A DNA stretch of 64,000 nucleotides, taken from assembly GCF_963921235.1 (NCBI RefSeq), contig NC_086115.1, forward strand, positions 59,272,001 to 59,336,000. The letters are read 5' to 3'. This DNA comes from Mobula hypostoma (taxonomy: Eukaryota). The notes beneath the pieces are model-generated. The model saw only the letters and a list, made by a program, of their open reading frames with translations. It did not search any database and was not told where the DNA came from. Numbering within the stretch: the stretch's first letter is position 1; the number at the start of each line of letters is the position of its first letter. Made by a program: the position numbers and the translations under genes. Shown in pieces: positions 37,780 to 49,700 of the stretch.

Positions 37780-37882
37780 GTTAGTCCTGATGAGGGGTCT
37801 CGGCCCGAAACAGACTGTACCTCTTCCTAGAGATGCTGCCTGGCCTGCTGCGTTCACCAGCAACTTTGATGTGTGTTGCTTT
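37780..37882 (+). mobile_element. Penelope pLTR fragment; hammerhead motif that has lost its cleavage triplet
   Basis: UAGUC-CUGAUGA-GGG gucucgg CCC-GAAA-CA-GACUG (GUC missing). Confidence 0.75.
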
Positions 37883-38778
37883 AATTTAATGCATGTTCAC
37901 ATATGGAATTTAGAAAATTATTTATCAACATCCAGTTCTTTTCATGAAGCGCTGCTGTCTACATGAAACAGAACAACTCCTGAGAGAAGTCTTGCTGCTT
38001 GACAGCATGTGAGGCCTTGCTGTTTTAGTCAGGACATATCGACAACAGCAGCACTCCCACACATTGTTTAGGTTATGTGGAAAGGCTAAAAAAGTTAATT
38101 TTTTCTTTGTTTCCTTTGGAAAATGGAAATTCTCGAAATAATGATGGAAATTGGCAAAAAAAATTGGACACGTTTTACCGTTTCAGAACTGATTTGAAGT
38201 AAAAGAAAGGTGCTTCCCCTCAGAACATACAGGCCCATATCGTGGTCGCAACAGCAGTACAGTCGTTAGTGAGACACTTTCAGATTGGGGTGTCTGAGTT
38301 CCGAGTTCAGTTTTAACATCATCTGTAAGGAGTCAGTACATCTGCCCATGGAATGGGTGTGTTTTCTCCGGGGGATCCATTTTCCTCCCAAAGATTTCTG
38401 GAGAGGTAAGCAAGCTGGGCTTGCCCCTCCCCCTGACAAAGAATGAAGTTCAATTGGATTCCCATTCCTAAAACGTTTCTTACTTTGCAGAAATTATTAC
38501 TATATAGTACAGTATACCATTGGGACCAAAGCTGACATCTTGCACTGCTTCCAGAAGGTACTAATATTGGCTGCTGTTTTGGCACTGCTTACTAAGATAG
38601 TGCTTTTGTGGATATCAGATATCTTTTCTACTAACAGAAGTATGACCAGGAGCTCCTCCAGACCCTACTCAGTATCTGTCTCTGAAGCCATACTACCTAG
38701 CATTGATTAGCATTGGAGGACAATAAATGGCTGAGCTGTTTTGCACAGCAGTGGCTACTGTTCTTCAAATTGGATTTG

Positions 38779-40126
38779 CAGGCATCCCACCTCTCCCAGA
38801 AGTTCCAGGAGTCTCCTGCATTTCGATAGTGGCTCCCTGATGCCCAGAAATTACATACAATATCCCGGAAATAGATTTCTGTGAGAAAGAGTGGGAGAGG
38901 GAGAGGGAGCATCCTGATTGGTCTCTCTTCATGCTAAGAGTTGTCCCCATCCACCGGGCCGCGAGGAAACGATATGATTTGGCGATATGAGTCAGCGGCA
39001 CCTTTCCTCATTCCCTGTCACCCATTGTTGAGCTTGAACGCATGCGAGGTCATTATCCGTGCATCATCCATGTCAGCGCGGGGAGATGATCAACTCCTCG
39101 AGCTTGCAAGTGACAGTGGGCTGAAAAGTATGTTTGACACAACATCTCTGCTGGCATTCTGGATCAAAGTCAAGGCTAAATATCCTGAGATAGCTATGTA
39201 AGCACTGAAAAAGTTGCTTCCATTTCCAACATCATATTGCTGCGAAGCAGAGTTTTCTGCAATGAATGCAATGAAAACTAAATTGCGGAATAGACTGGAC
39301 ATAAGGAACTCTCTTCGAGTATCGCTGTCTCCCAACACCCCTCGATAGGACCGTCTTGTTGCAGGAAAACAAGCCCAGGGCTCCCACTGATTCAGCGATA
39401 TTGGTGTGTTGCAATGATTTTATATGTTCATACGGGGAAAATATATGCTGTGTGTTTAATATCCAAACGTTACTTAAAATGTTATGATGCTATTGACTTA
39501 TCACCTATATTCTGGCTGTGATTAACACCCCTCCCCCCCGTCAGCCGGCCCGCAAGAATGTTGTCAATATTAAACCGGTCCGCGGTGCAAAAAAGGTTGG
39601 GGATCCCTGCTAAGTAGACCTATCAGTTTTCTGTGGGCGGGCTTTACAGTCGACCTCAAAAATAATGACAGTGTTGCTCACTGCACTGTTTGCAACAGTG
39701 ACTTTTCTATTGTCCATGGTGGGTTAAAATGTAAAAGACATGTTGAGGTGAGTTTACCAAGTGTCATTCATTCATTAGCATATCTAACATTATTTAAACT
39801 AACTAGCTGGCTGGCTGCTAAGGAGCTACGCTATTGATGTCCTATGTGATGAGGCCAAACTCCCTGTAGACTTGCTTAAAGTTGTAATAGAATAAACATG
39901 ATAATATAATGTAAGTACATATTTTAATGTCACATTTTCTGCATATACCCAATTTGGTTTACAGATTAGACAAAATAACAAAATCACTAAACAAAGTATT
40001 ACATATACCCTTGGAGGTTGACCAGGGAGGGGGGCGGGATATGGGGTTGCGGGGGGCGGGGGTGCTACCTCCCTGAAATGGTGGTGATACCTCCCTGAAA
40101 TGAGTTTTTGCAGGGTGGGATGTCTG
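38779..40126 (+). mobile_element. Non-autonomous hAT-like DNA transposon with a 6-bp TSD
   Basis: TIR cagRcatcccacc; TSD gatttg at 38773-38778 and 40127-40132; BED-finger-like remnant AHCTVCNSDFSIVHGG...KRHVE at ~39675-39747. Confidence 0.78.
38941..39609 (+). mobile_element. Nested hAT Charlie/Buster-type element with the transposase C-terminal (dimerisation) domain
   Basis: FWIKVKAKYPEIA..ALKKLLPFPTSYCCEAEFS...KTKLRNRLD...QAQGSH*; right end aaaggttggggatccctg; degenerate ctaag(t)ag flanks. Confidence 0.85.
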
Positions 40127-41048
40127 GATTTGAAATGCAATGAAACCAAAGTCTCAGTCATCATGCGTTGAATGCTGTGTATTTCAGAAAGAAATGTCAT
40201 TGCATTATTTATGAATCTAAATCTCATGACCAGTTTCCAGTGGTAGTCATCTCTACGGTTTTGTAGATCTTGATTCCTCCCACTATTGTATGGTATATAG
40301 TAGCAGCAGAGCAGTAGATAAACATTGACTGTGTTCAATTACTCTGAAGGTGTCAAGGCTCAATAAATTCAGGGATAAAGTTTGCAGCTTACCCCCACAC
40401 TCTCTCCATGGGAAATCACTGACAGGAAGCATTTGGTAAGAATCTCAGAATGGACAATACTCAATTCATGGACACGTTGCCACAGATGGATGCGTCTCCT
40501 ACAACGCTCCAGTAGTTTAACGCTGTCCAGGGCAAAGCAGCCCACTTGACTGGACACACTCAACATTGGCCTGGTTTGTGCTTGCTCTGATCAGCTGCCT
40601 GCCTGCAGCCGAACATGAGCTTGCTCTACAGCTGCTGCTGGTGAATAGCAAGACGGCTTCTGATAACCCAGAGGCTTTGGTTTCATAGTCATCCTGCAAA
40701 ATATTTGAGCTGTAAGCAATGATTGGGCCTCTGGATAACACATCTTATGGCCTTTCCCCATCACCTCAGATGCCCTTTAACAGCTTGTGCCGGTTTTGGT
40801 GATGTTGCCATCAGCAGTGGGTGTGAATGATCCCATGCCAGAACGTTGAAGGAGAGAATGTTTATTCCTCATATGATTTTAATGAAACTGATTATTTCAA
40901 AGTCAACATCGAGTTTATTGTCATGTGCGTAGGTGCAATGAAAAACTTACTTGCAGCAGCATCCCAGGCACAGAGACACAAACATTCACAGGAAAAACAT
41001 CAATTAAATATAACATATACATACGTTTTACAAGGAAGGACACAATTA

Positions 41049-41113
41049 CAGTACCGTGCAGAAGTCTTAGGCACCCGAGCTGTATGTGGGCCTAAGACTT
41101 TGGAACAGTACTG
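41049..41113. mobile_element. Solo 65-bp palindromic mini-MITE inserted at a TA in a LINE tail
   Basis: TA-cagtaccgtgcagaagtcttaggc...gcctaagactttggaacagtactg-TA. Confidence 0.8.
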
Positions 41114-41697
41114 TAAATAAAAAATAAATAAGTCTAAGTGATCAATGTGGCAACAGTGTTGCTAAACTATAGTGATTAAGGTTTTTCAAGTCGATTCAAG
41201 ACTGAACAGTTGAAAAGATGTAGCTGTTCTGGAACCTGGTGGTGGGGGCTTCAGACTCTACCTCCTTCCCACTGAGAAGACTTAGGTGGTGGAAATCTTA
41301 GATGTTGACAGAGAGGGATGCGCCTGTGATCGTTTTGGCTGAGCTCACTACACTTTGTCACATCTTACGTCCCTGCACATTTGAATTGCAGTATCAGACC
41401 ATGATGCAACCAGATAGGATACATTAAGCAGCATATATTCGTTAGAATATTCCAGAACATGCTGAACTGCCTTAACTTTCTAATGAAGTAAAGTTGCATG
41501 CCTTCCTGTTGATTGCACCTATATGCTGGACCTAGGAGGGTTGATCGATTTGGAAATATTCATACCACTGATTGCGGGATCCTGTTCTGTGCAAATCGAT
41601 AGCTGTGTTTTCTGTATTACAGCAGAGGCTATATGTAGCACAAGAAACTTTACTAGCTGTCAGATATTTTGGGATGTCCTAAACTCTTGAAAAATAC

Positions 41698-42175
41698 TAA
41701 CCCGAGAAAGTCTGCAGGTGCTGGAAATCCAAAGCAACACACATACAGAAAGCTGGATGAACTTAGCAGGTCAAGCAGCGTCTGTGGAGTAAGGTCAACA
41801 TAATGGGCCAAAATCCTTCTTCAAGACTGAGAAGGCAAGGGGAAGATGCTAAAACAAAAAGGTGGTGGGGTGGGTAGGGGAAAGAAGCTAGCTGGAAGGT
41901 GATGGGTGAAGCCAGGTGGGTGGGAAAGGTCAAGAGCTGGTGAGGAAAGAATCTGATAAGAGGGGAGAGTGGACAATAGGAGGGAAGGAGGAGGGGACCC
42001 AGTGGGAAGTAATAGGCAGGTGAAAAGAAGTGACAGGTCAGAGTGGGGAATAGAAGGGAGGGGAATTTGTTCACCGGAAGGAGGAATCGATAATCCAATC
42101 ATCGTTTGGATGGTACGCAGATGGAATACAAGGTGTTGCTCCTCCTCCTCATCTTGGCACGAGGAGGCCACAGGT
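41698..42175 (-). mobile_element. Penelope-like element 3' fragment (GIY-YIG C-terminus plus pLTR)
   Basis: EEQHLVFHL.T.Q resembles the Penelope end EEQHLIFRLG.LQP; it is followed by the same terminal repeat that carries the hammerhead motifs. Confidence 0.75.
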
Positions 42176-42849
42176 CGACATCTTGAAAAATACTGTCTAA
42201 GTTCTGTCCAAATCTGTATAAGAGTAAAGTTTCCGATATCCCAAGAAAGTGGCCTTTATTACATCAGTGCTCTAGGCATTGATCAATCTTGAACATTTAT
42301 GTTGCTGTTGCTGGATCTCTGTTTAATTTCTGATCGTTAAGCTTCTTCTGGGAGTCAGAAATGGAGAGCAGTCTTAATTCCACTGATAGTTTATCTTAGA
42401 GTACAAATAAACATACAAACACTAAGCAAACTAAAGAACTGAGAAATGATGCTAAGACAAGCAGAATAAAGAGGCAAAGGAAAGATTGTGCCTCTGAAAA
42501 GTCCATCACTTTTGTAGATGAGATAAGAAATTCCTTAGACAGAGAATAAACTGGTTAATAGGCTACATAATTAAAGCTATTTCATCACGTAGGTAATGTG
42601 CTATTACTTAGCCAATGAAAAACGAGAAAGGTGATAAAATGTTAGTTTGGCAATTGTACCATTTTCTGCCGGTGAGTGGGATTGAATCACCACATACTGT
42701 GAAAAATATGTGAGTTTGTTAAAAAGTACAAATCTTATAAGGAGTATTATTAATAAAATAATGGTTTCTAACATTGGTGATGGAACAAATGAATGAATTA
42801 TTAGGGAATTTTGGTAAAATCTGATGCTACCTTTTTACTCTTCCTGCAG

Positions 42850-42980
42850 GAATTGCAGACCCAGTGCCTCGTGGAGATGTCCCCAGGACACACAGGAGGC
42901 GGCTGTGGCACTTAAACAGAAGAGGGAAAAGGTTTCACAGAAGACGTAGGCACCGAAGGAACAAGAATATGTTATCCTAA
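42850..42980 (+). CDS. VWA2: VWA2 terminal coding exon (RIADPVPRGDVPRTHRRRLWHLNRRGKRFHRRRRHRRNKNMLS*)
   Basis: Strong acceptor ctcttcctgcag in the phase 1 required by the EGF2 exon; contains RGD, as known for the C-terminus of mouse AMACO; TAA at 42978-42980. Confidence 0.85.
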
Positions 42981-43622
42981 CTGGGCTTACTCTGTCCTGT
43001 TTCCACGTTCATACTGGGCATATGATCCGACATGGAGCAGATGGAAAGAGGCTGACATCAGCAGCTTTTTGCTTTGATTTCATTGACTCGAATACCTGTA
43101 CTGTTTTCAGTTCCAAAGTAACTGGTATATGATCATTTGAGAAGTTACTCATGTTTCTTAAGGGAACACTGTTACCAAGCTAATGATTTAATTGTTTGTC
43201 AGGTCCTCATTTACGTGGACTTCCACCGTGTCTGCACGAACTGTTCAAGCTTTGGTTTACATTCAAAGAAATATGTTCTACAGTTTGTAATATCCATGCT
43301 TTTATAACATTATCTTAAGTTTAACTGGTCATGCTAGTATTTAAACATTGTTTCTCATGTGACACTGCATTGGTTTTGAGATTTCAGAAAGGCAATGCAT
43401 TTTAGTATTCTTTTCTTCATGGTTTTGTTTCTGAAAGAAATTTTGCAATTCATTGCCTCCATCTATTAAAGGAGTGGATTTGTCACATTGGTGAGTTTTT
43501 TCATCTGTGATACATGCTAAGTATGCAAAAGAGCTAACACAGAGGTTATCCAGCCAAACGAAGTTGTTTATTAACAAGGAAGTGATTGAAATACATATCA
43601 GGATCGAAAGATGCCAAACTTA

Positions 43623-44186
43623 CAGTACTGTGCATAAATTGTAGGCACATTCACACAACTAGGGTGGCCTAAGAATTTTGCACAGTACTGTATTTGTCAA
43701 TGTGGAGTGGAAAGCGAGTTTGTAACTCTGTCAGGAGCAAAGGATGTTGGGATTGGCGAAGGTGAAGTCCCATGAGAGAGGTGTGCAACAGGTGGTGCAA
43801 AGGAGTGCCAGGGGCAGAGAGGGTGGAGGTAGTGTGGGTGCAGACACAACACACCCAGCCCTGAGATGCCAGGCAAGGTTATTTAATTCCAAACAATTGG
43901 TTTATTGATCATTGCAGAATGTCTCTCTGGTGTTTCCCACTCCCTCACCTCTCCCTTCCTATTTTCTCAACCATGATTCTTCTCTTCCTGTCCCCTTCCC
44001 ACTCTCAGTCCACAATAGTGACTATATCAGAATTAGGTTTATCATCACTCTCACATATCATGGAATTTGTTATTTTTTTGCAGCTGCAGTACAGTGCAAT
44101 ACATAAAATTACTACAGTACTGTGCAAAAATCTTAGGCACCCTTGCTATATATATATATACGTGCTAAGACTTTGGCATTGTACTA
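43623..44186 (+). mobile_element. Composite MITE (copy 2), about 640 bp downstream of the VWA2 stop
   Basis: Two mini-MITE hairpins (43623-43690 and 44115-44186) in inverted orientation around ~425 bp of cargo. Confidence 0.82.
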
Positions 44187-46451
44187 CTGGACAGATCCTT
44201 TGAACATGTAGAGAGGCGTGGTTCATGTTAAGAGAGTTGCAAAAATACAAATTTAAATTAGTATGAGGTTTAACCAAGTGTTGAAGGCTCTTAATCAAAT
44301 TTGATTATATATGTGTGAGCAATAGATTAATTCACCAGTGAACATTAAAAATATTCATCAATGGAAGAAGATCTGCTGTGCAATGGTTATTCATTGGAAT
44401 GTCACACTTGTTATACTTAAGCCAGCAATATTGATATCCTTAACCCAAATTTCCCTTTTTAAAAATTTGATGTGTTGCTTTATAAATTTGTACAGATCCA
44501 AGTATATGTTACTTGTAGCTGGGTACTTTTCACTGAGTTTGGGTTATAAGTGAAAAGCTAGAATCTTATATCAAGAGTATTGAATTGTACTGTGTGACAG
44601 ACCCAGTGCGAAGCTTATATTTTATTTAGAAACCTTGATTGTTATCATAAATGTAACACAAGCTATTCCACATTATTGACAATCTACTTTGCATATTTTA
44701 CATCAAGACCTTAATGCAATTACTTTCAACAGCTTATTTTGCACAAATATCTCTTTGGCACTCCTTTGATTTAGTGGTGCTAGAAAATAATATGCAGAGA
44801 ATCTATGTACTCTAATTTGAATTCCTAGATGTATATCTAGAATCTGTGTTGTTGAAGATATATGTATTCCAAGCCTGCTGATCGTACAATAGGTATTTAT
44901 CATAGGCTTGAGTGAAATGCATTCTGAATTGAGATAAAAGTACCACTTAACTCTGCTATGCAATTACACTACAGATGTGTATGCTCGTTACTTGCAGCCC
45001 TAGCATGCCATTTTCCAAACAATTACCATGTGATCCTGCTTGAAATCCACCCCAATTGCTTGATGTCAGAAGTGCTTTGCAGTCTCTTCCCTTTCTGGGT
45101 GTGTTTGTCTTACTTCAGGCCTTTTCTTGACCTAGTTGCTTTGGCTTCCGTACCTGTGGAGTCTTCCCTCAGCAGTCTCTCTTGATGTTTTTCGTTAGTG
45201 ATACAAGGTAAGAAGAAGGCAGATTTCTGATAGTTTGCAGTGCCACTCCAATGAATTAGAGGGCTTTGCTCCTTCATAAAACACATACTATTCAGGAATA
45301 TCCACAAAGAGCCAATTCAAATATGGAGGGAATTTATGAGAATGATCATCGAAACGATAAATCATAAATACAAGAGATTCTTCAGATGCTGGAAATCCAG
45401 AGCAACACACACAAAACACTGGAGGGTCTGAGCAGGTCAGGCAGCATGTATGCAAGCGAGTAAACAGTAAACATTTGGGGCCAAGACCTTTCTTTTGGAG
45501 GAAAACATCGTAATTAAAAGGCGGGGGGTGGGGAAAGGAAAGGAGGAATACAAAACAGTACTATTGTAGATAAAGTAGCCACTTAAGTCAATCAGCTGCC
45601 TATTATTTCCATGGTCTTGCCTGATAGGTTATGTTCTTGTAATCATCTTGTTAAAATGGTTGACCTTGGTTTGTGGCACCCAAAGACAAGTTATCCACCC
45701 TGTCCACTAACTTGCAAATAGGTGAAGCAATTGGGCTGTTAAGATGTCGATCAAATCACAATCGTAAGTTTATTGGGTGGCCAGTTACATAAATGGGAAA
45801 TGACTCTAACCCCACACTATCTTATTATTAGATATTGATAACATGCTTCGAGTTAACTAAAATGCAGTATTTTATTTTATTAGAGGTACAGCACAGTGAC
45901 AGACCCTTCCAGTCCAACGAGCCCACACCGCCCACTTATGGCCATGTGACCAATTAACCTACTAACCACTGAGTCTTTGGAATGCGGGAGGAAACCAGAG
46001 CACTTGGAGGAAACCCACACCAGGTACAGTTTATCAGAATGGCTAGACAGTATTAAAAGTAAAATCTTGGTGTGGCAGTCAGTCGCCTGAGGCAACACAG
46101 GATGAAATGTAGTCTTCAAATAAAGTGGATTTAGCTCAACAGCTAATAATTTTGAAGAGGCCATGCTGTTGATAGTTGAGTCCCTGTTTTAGTGTATGTG
46201 TTTTTGTATATCAGAACATTTCGTATTGCTTTTGTAGCATAGCAAAATCCCAGAGCGGAGTCTCCTAGCTTGTGGTCCACAGACACCTTGCTTAATGGTA
46301 TTGGTCCATGGCATGAAAAGGTTGGGAAACCCTGCCCTAGAGTAAACTAGGAAGTGAAGAAGTGTTCATTGGAGCTTAAGTTTTTTTTATCTGAGATACA
46401 GGCTGAAGTGCTGGAAGATGGAAGTTATTCTAGAGGCAAAGGATACCACAT

Positions 46452-46823
46452 TCATCATCATTATGTGCCTTATCGTACAATGTGGGCAATCATGGTCTTC
46501 CATCTGTTAACCATGATTGTTCTTGGCAAATTTTTCTACAGAACTGACCTGACATTGCCTTCTTCTGGGCAGTGTCTTTACAAGACGGATGACCCCAGCC
46601 ATTATCAATACTCTTCAGAGATGGTCTGCCTGGTGTCAGTGGTCGCATAACCAGGACTTGCGATATGCACCAGATGCTCATACGACCATCCACCACCTGC
46701 TCCCCTGGCTTCCTGTGGCCCTGAGCAGGGAGCTGAGCGGGTGCTACACCTTGCCCAAAGGTGACCTGCAGGCTAGTGGAGAGAAGGAGTGTCTTACACT
46801 TCCTTTGGTGGATATGTATCTCC
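46452..46823 (-). mobile_element. SINE-like repeat with an RTE/BovB-type tail (copy 4)
   Basis: Homologous to 29613-29975. Confidence 0.8.
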
Positions 46824-48037
46824 ACCCCACACTCTACCACTACAGATAGGGTGGTGGAAGTACAATGTGACACATTTATATGAACAGCTTGAACTTCAAA
46901 CATAGACAAAGGAATCTGTCAAACTAAAGAATCAATTGTTGCACTTATGCATTAAAATTGTATTGAAAACCAGACTGAATCAGTGTCATTGTTTGAAAGA
47001 AATACTGATATATCCCCTTCACTCTTCAGCCGAGTCCCACTCTTTGCTTTTCCCACTTGACAAGAAGGAGCAGAATGGTTCTGCAGTGAACAGCATAATC
47101 CTATCTTCCAAATAGACCAACGACCAACATGTAATGAGTGAAGCAAATGGGTTAATACTCCTTTGGGTGATTAGTTTAATCTCTGCTTGGACCTACAGCG
47201 TAGAAAGGAATTCTATTGGAGAATCACCCAAACTGTGGTTGAGGCCCTATTTTATTTTATTGCCGTTGTAGCATAGAAATATCCTAGGGTAAATTAGTAA
47301 GTGGAAAAGTGTTTAAAAGTTCAAAGCTCAAAGTAAGTGTATTATCAAAGTATGCATATGTCATCATACACTCTTCTTAGATTCATTTTATTGTGGGCAT
47401 TCACACTAAATGCAAAACAATAGAAAACATTCAACAAAGCTTGGAATTTTAATGTGAAGAAATTATAATGTTTCTATGTTAAAGAATAGTGATCAGTTTA
47501 CTGAAACTAGAAAAATATAGCCTTCTTGTGACTTGTATTAAAATTTGAACTTTAGCTGGTGTGGTATATCTGAAAGTAAAGGTACATTCCTATTGACAAT
47601 GTCTCTAAGGTATCATTGTATATGACAACGTTAAAGAATTTTGTATGTAAAATCAGATATTAATCTTTGAACCTTTTTATGTTTGTGGATGTAATGCAAC
47701 AAAATCTTTACGCATTGCTTTATATCTTGAAGTTTACCAAGAAATCAGGCTGGCTTGTAAAAGGTCCATGTGACATACTCAAAGGTGCTATAATATTAGA
47801 AATTAATAAATAGCAAACTTCTCTAGTATTTTGACAGTAAGTGTTATGATTCTCTACAATACTAAAATATTGAGCATTGCTTATTTGTTTTTTATTGTTG
47901 ATTTGTTGTGGACAATCCACTGTGCCAAGCTTATAAACAAGGATGTTATGCTGAGGCTTTACAACTCACTAGTGAGGCCTCACTTGGAGTATTGTGAGCA
48001 GGCTTGGGCTGCTTATCTAAGAAAGGCTGTGCTGAGG

Positions 48038-49700
48038 GTGGCAGGGAAGAGAAGTGTGCGCAGTCACAATTACGACAGAGAAAGTACTCAGGAAGCTGAA
48101 TAGTCTAAAGGTAGATAAATCTCCTGGACCAGATGGAATGCACCCTCGTGTTCTGAAGGAAGTAGCTGTGGAGATTGCAGAGGCATTAATGATGATCTTT
48201 CAAAAGTCGATAGATTCTGGCATGGTTCCGGAGGACTGGAAGATTGCAATGTCACTCCGCTATTTAAGAAGGGGGCAAGGAAGAAGAAAGGAAATTATAG
48301 ACCTGTTAGCTTGACATCGGTGGTTGGGAAGTTGTTGGAGTTGATTGTCAAGGATGAGGTTACAGAGTACCTGGAGGCATATGACAAGATAGGCAGAACT
48401 CAGCATGGATTCCTTAAAAGAAAATCCTGCCTGACAAAACTATTATAATTTTTTGAGGAAATTACAAGTAGGCCAGACAAGGGAGATGCAGTGGATGTTG
48501 TATATTTGAATTTTCAGAAGGCCTTTGACAAGGTGCCATACATGAGGCTACTTAACAAGATAAGAGCCCATGGAATTATGGGAAAGTTACATACGTGGAT
48601 AGAGCATTGGCTGATTGGCAGGAACCAGAGAGTGGGAATAAAGGGATCCTATTCTGGTTGGCTGCCGGTTACCAGTGGTGTTCCACAGGGGTCCGTGTTG
48701 GGGCCGCTTCTTTTTACATTGTACATCAACGATTTGGATTATGGAATAGATGGCTTTGTAGCTAAGTTTGCTGACGATATGAAGATAGGTGGAGGGACCG
48801 GTAGTGCTGAGGAAACGAAGAGTCTGCAGAGAGACTTGGATAGATTGGAAGAATGGGCAGAGAAGTGGCAAATGAAGTACAATGTGTTGGAAAGTGTATG
48901 TTTATGCACTTTGGCAGAAGAAATAAACAGGCAGACTATTATTTGAATGGGGAAAGAATTCAAAGTTCTGAGATGCAACGGGACTTGGGAATCCTTGTAC
49001 AGGATACCCTTAAGGTTAACCTCCAGGTTGAGTCAGTAGTGAAGAAGGCGAATGCAATGTTGGCATTCATTTCTAGAGGAATAGAGTATAGGAGCAGGGA
49101 TGTGATGTTGAGGCTCTATAAGGCGCTGGTGAGATCTCACTTGGAGTACTGTGGGCAGATTTGGTCTCCTTATTTAAGAAAGAATGTGCTGACGTTGGAG
49201 AGGGTACAGAGAAGATTCACTAGAATGATTCCGGGAATGAGAGGGTTAACATATGAGGAATGTTTGTCCGCTCTTGTACTGTATTCCTTGGAGTTTAGAA
49301 GAATGAGGGGAGACCTCATAGAAACATTTCAAATGTTGAAAGGCATGGACAGAGTGGATGCGGCAAAGTTGTTTCCCATGATGGGGGAGTCTAGTACGAG
49401 AGGGCATGACTTCAGGATTGAAGGGCACCCTTTCAGAACAGAAATGCCAAAAAATTTTTTTAGTCAGAAGGTGGTGAATCTATGGAATTTGTTGCCACGG
49501 GCAGCAGTGGAGGCCAAGTCATTGGGTGTATTTAAGGCAGAGATTGATAGGTATCTGAGTAGCCAGGGCATCAAAGGTTATGGTGAGAAGGCGGGGGAGT
49601 GGGACTAAATGGGAGAATGGATCAGCTCATGATAAAATGGCAGAGCAGACTCGATGGGTCGAATAGCCGACTTCTGCTCCTTTGTCTTATGGTCTTATGG
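48038..49700 (+). mobile_element. 5'-truncated CR1 LINE; RT domain with frameshifts
   Basis: KSPGPDGMHPRVLKE, FQKAFDKVP, SGVPQGSVLGPLLF, KFADD; ORFs 48054..48314, 48491..48946 and 48853..49608; tcttatgg tail. Confidence 0.93.

Noticed and set aside
38445-38470. Minus-strand ttttag|GAATGGGAATCCAATTGA as the AFAP1L2 last exon (EWE...)
   Set aside because: Only three residues match the expected EWEKKG-like end, and no supporting upstream AFAP1L2 exons were found
47018-47060. Minus-strand SKEWDSAEE* resembling an AFAP-family C-terminus
   Set aside because: No suitable splice acceptor, and the similarity is too short
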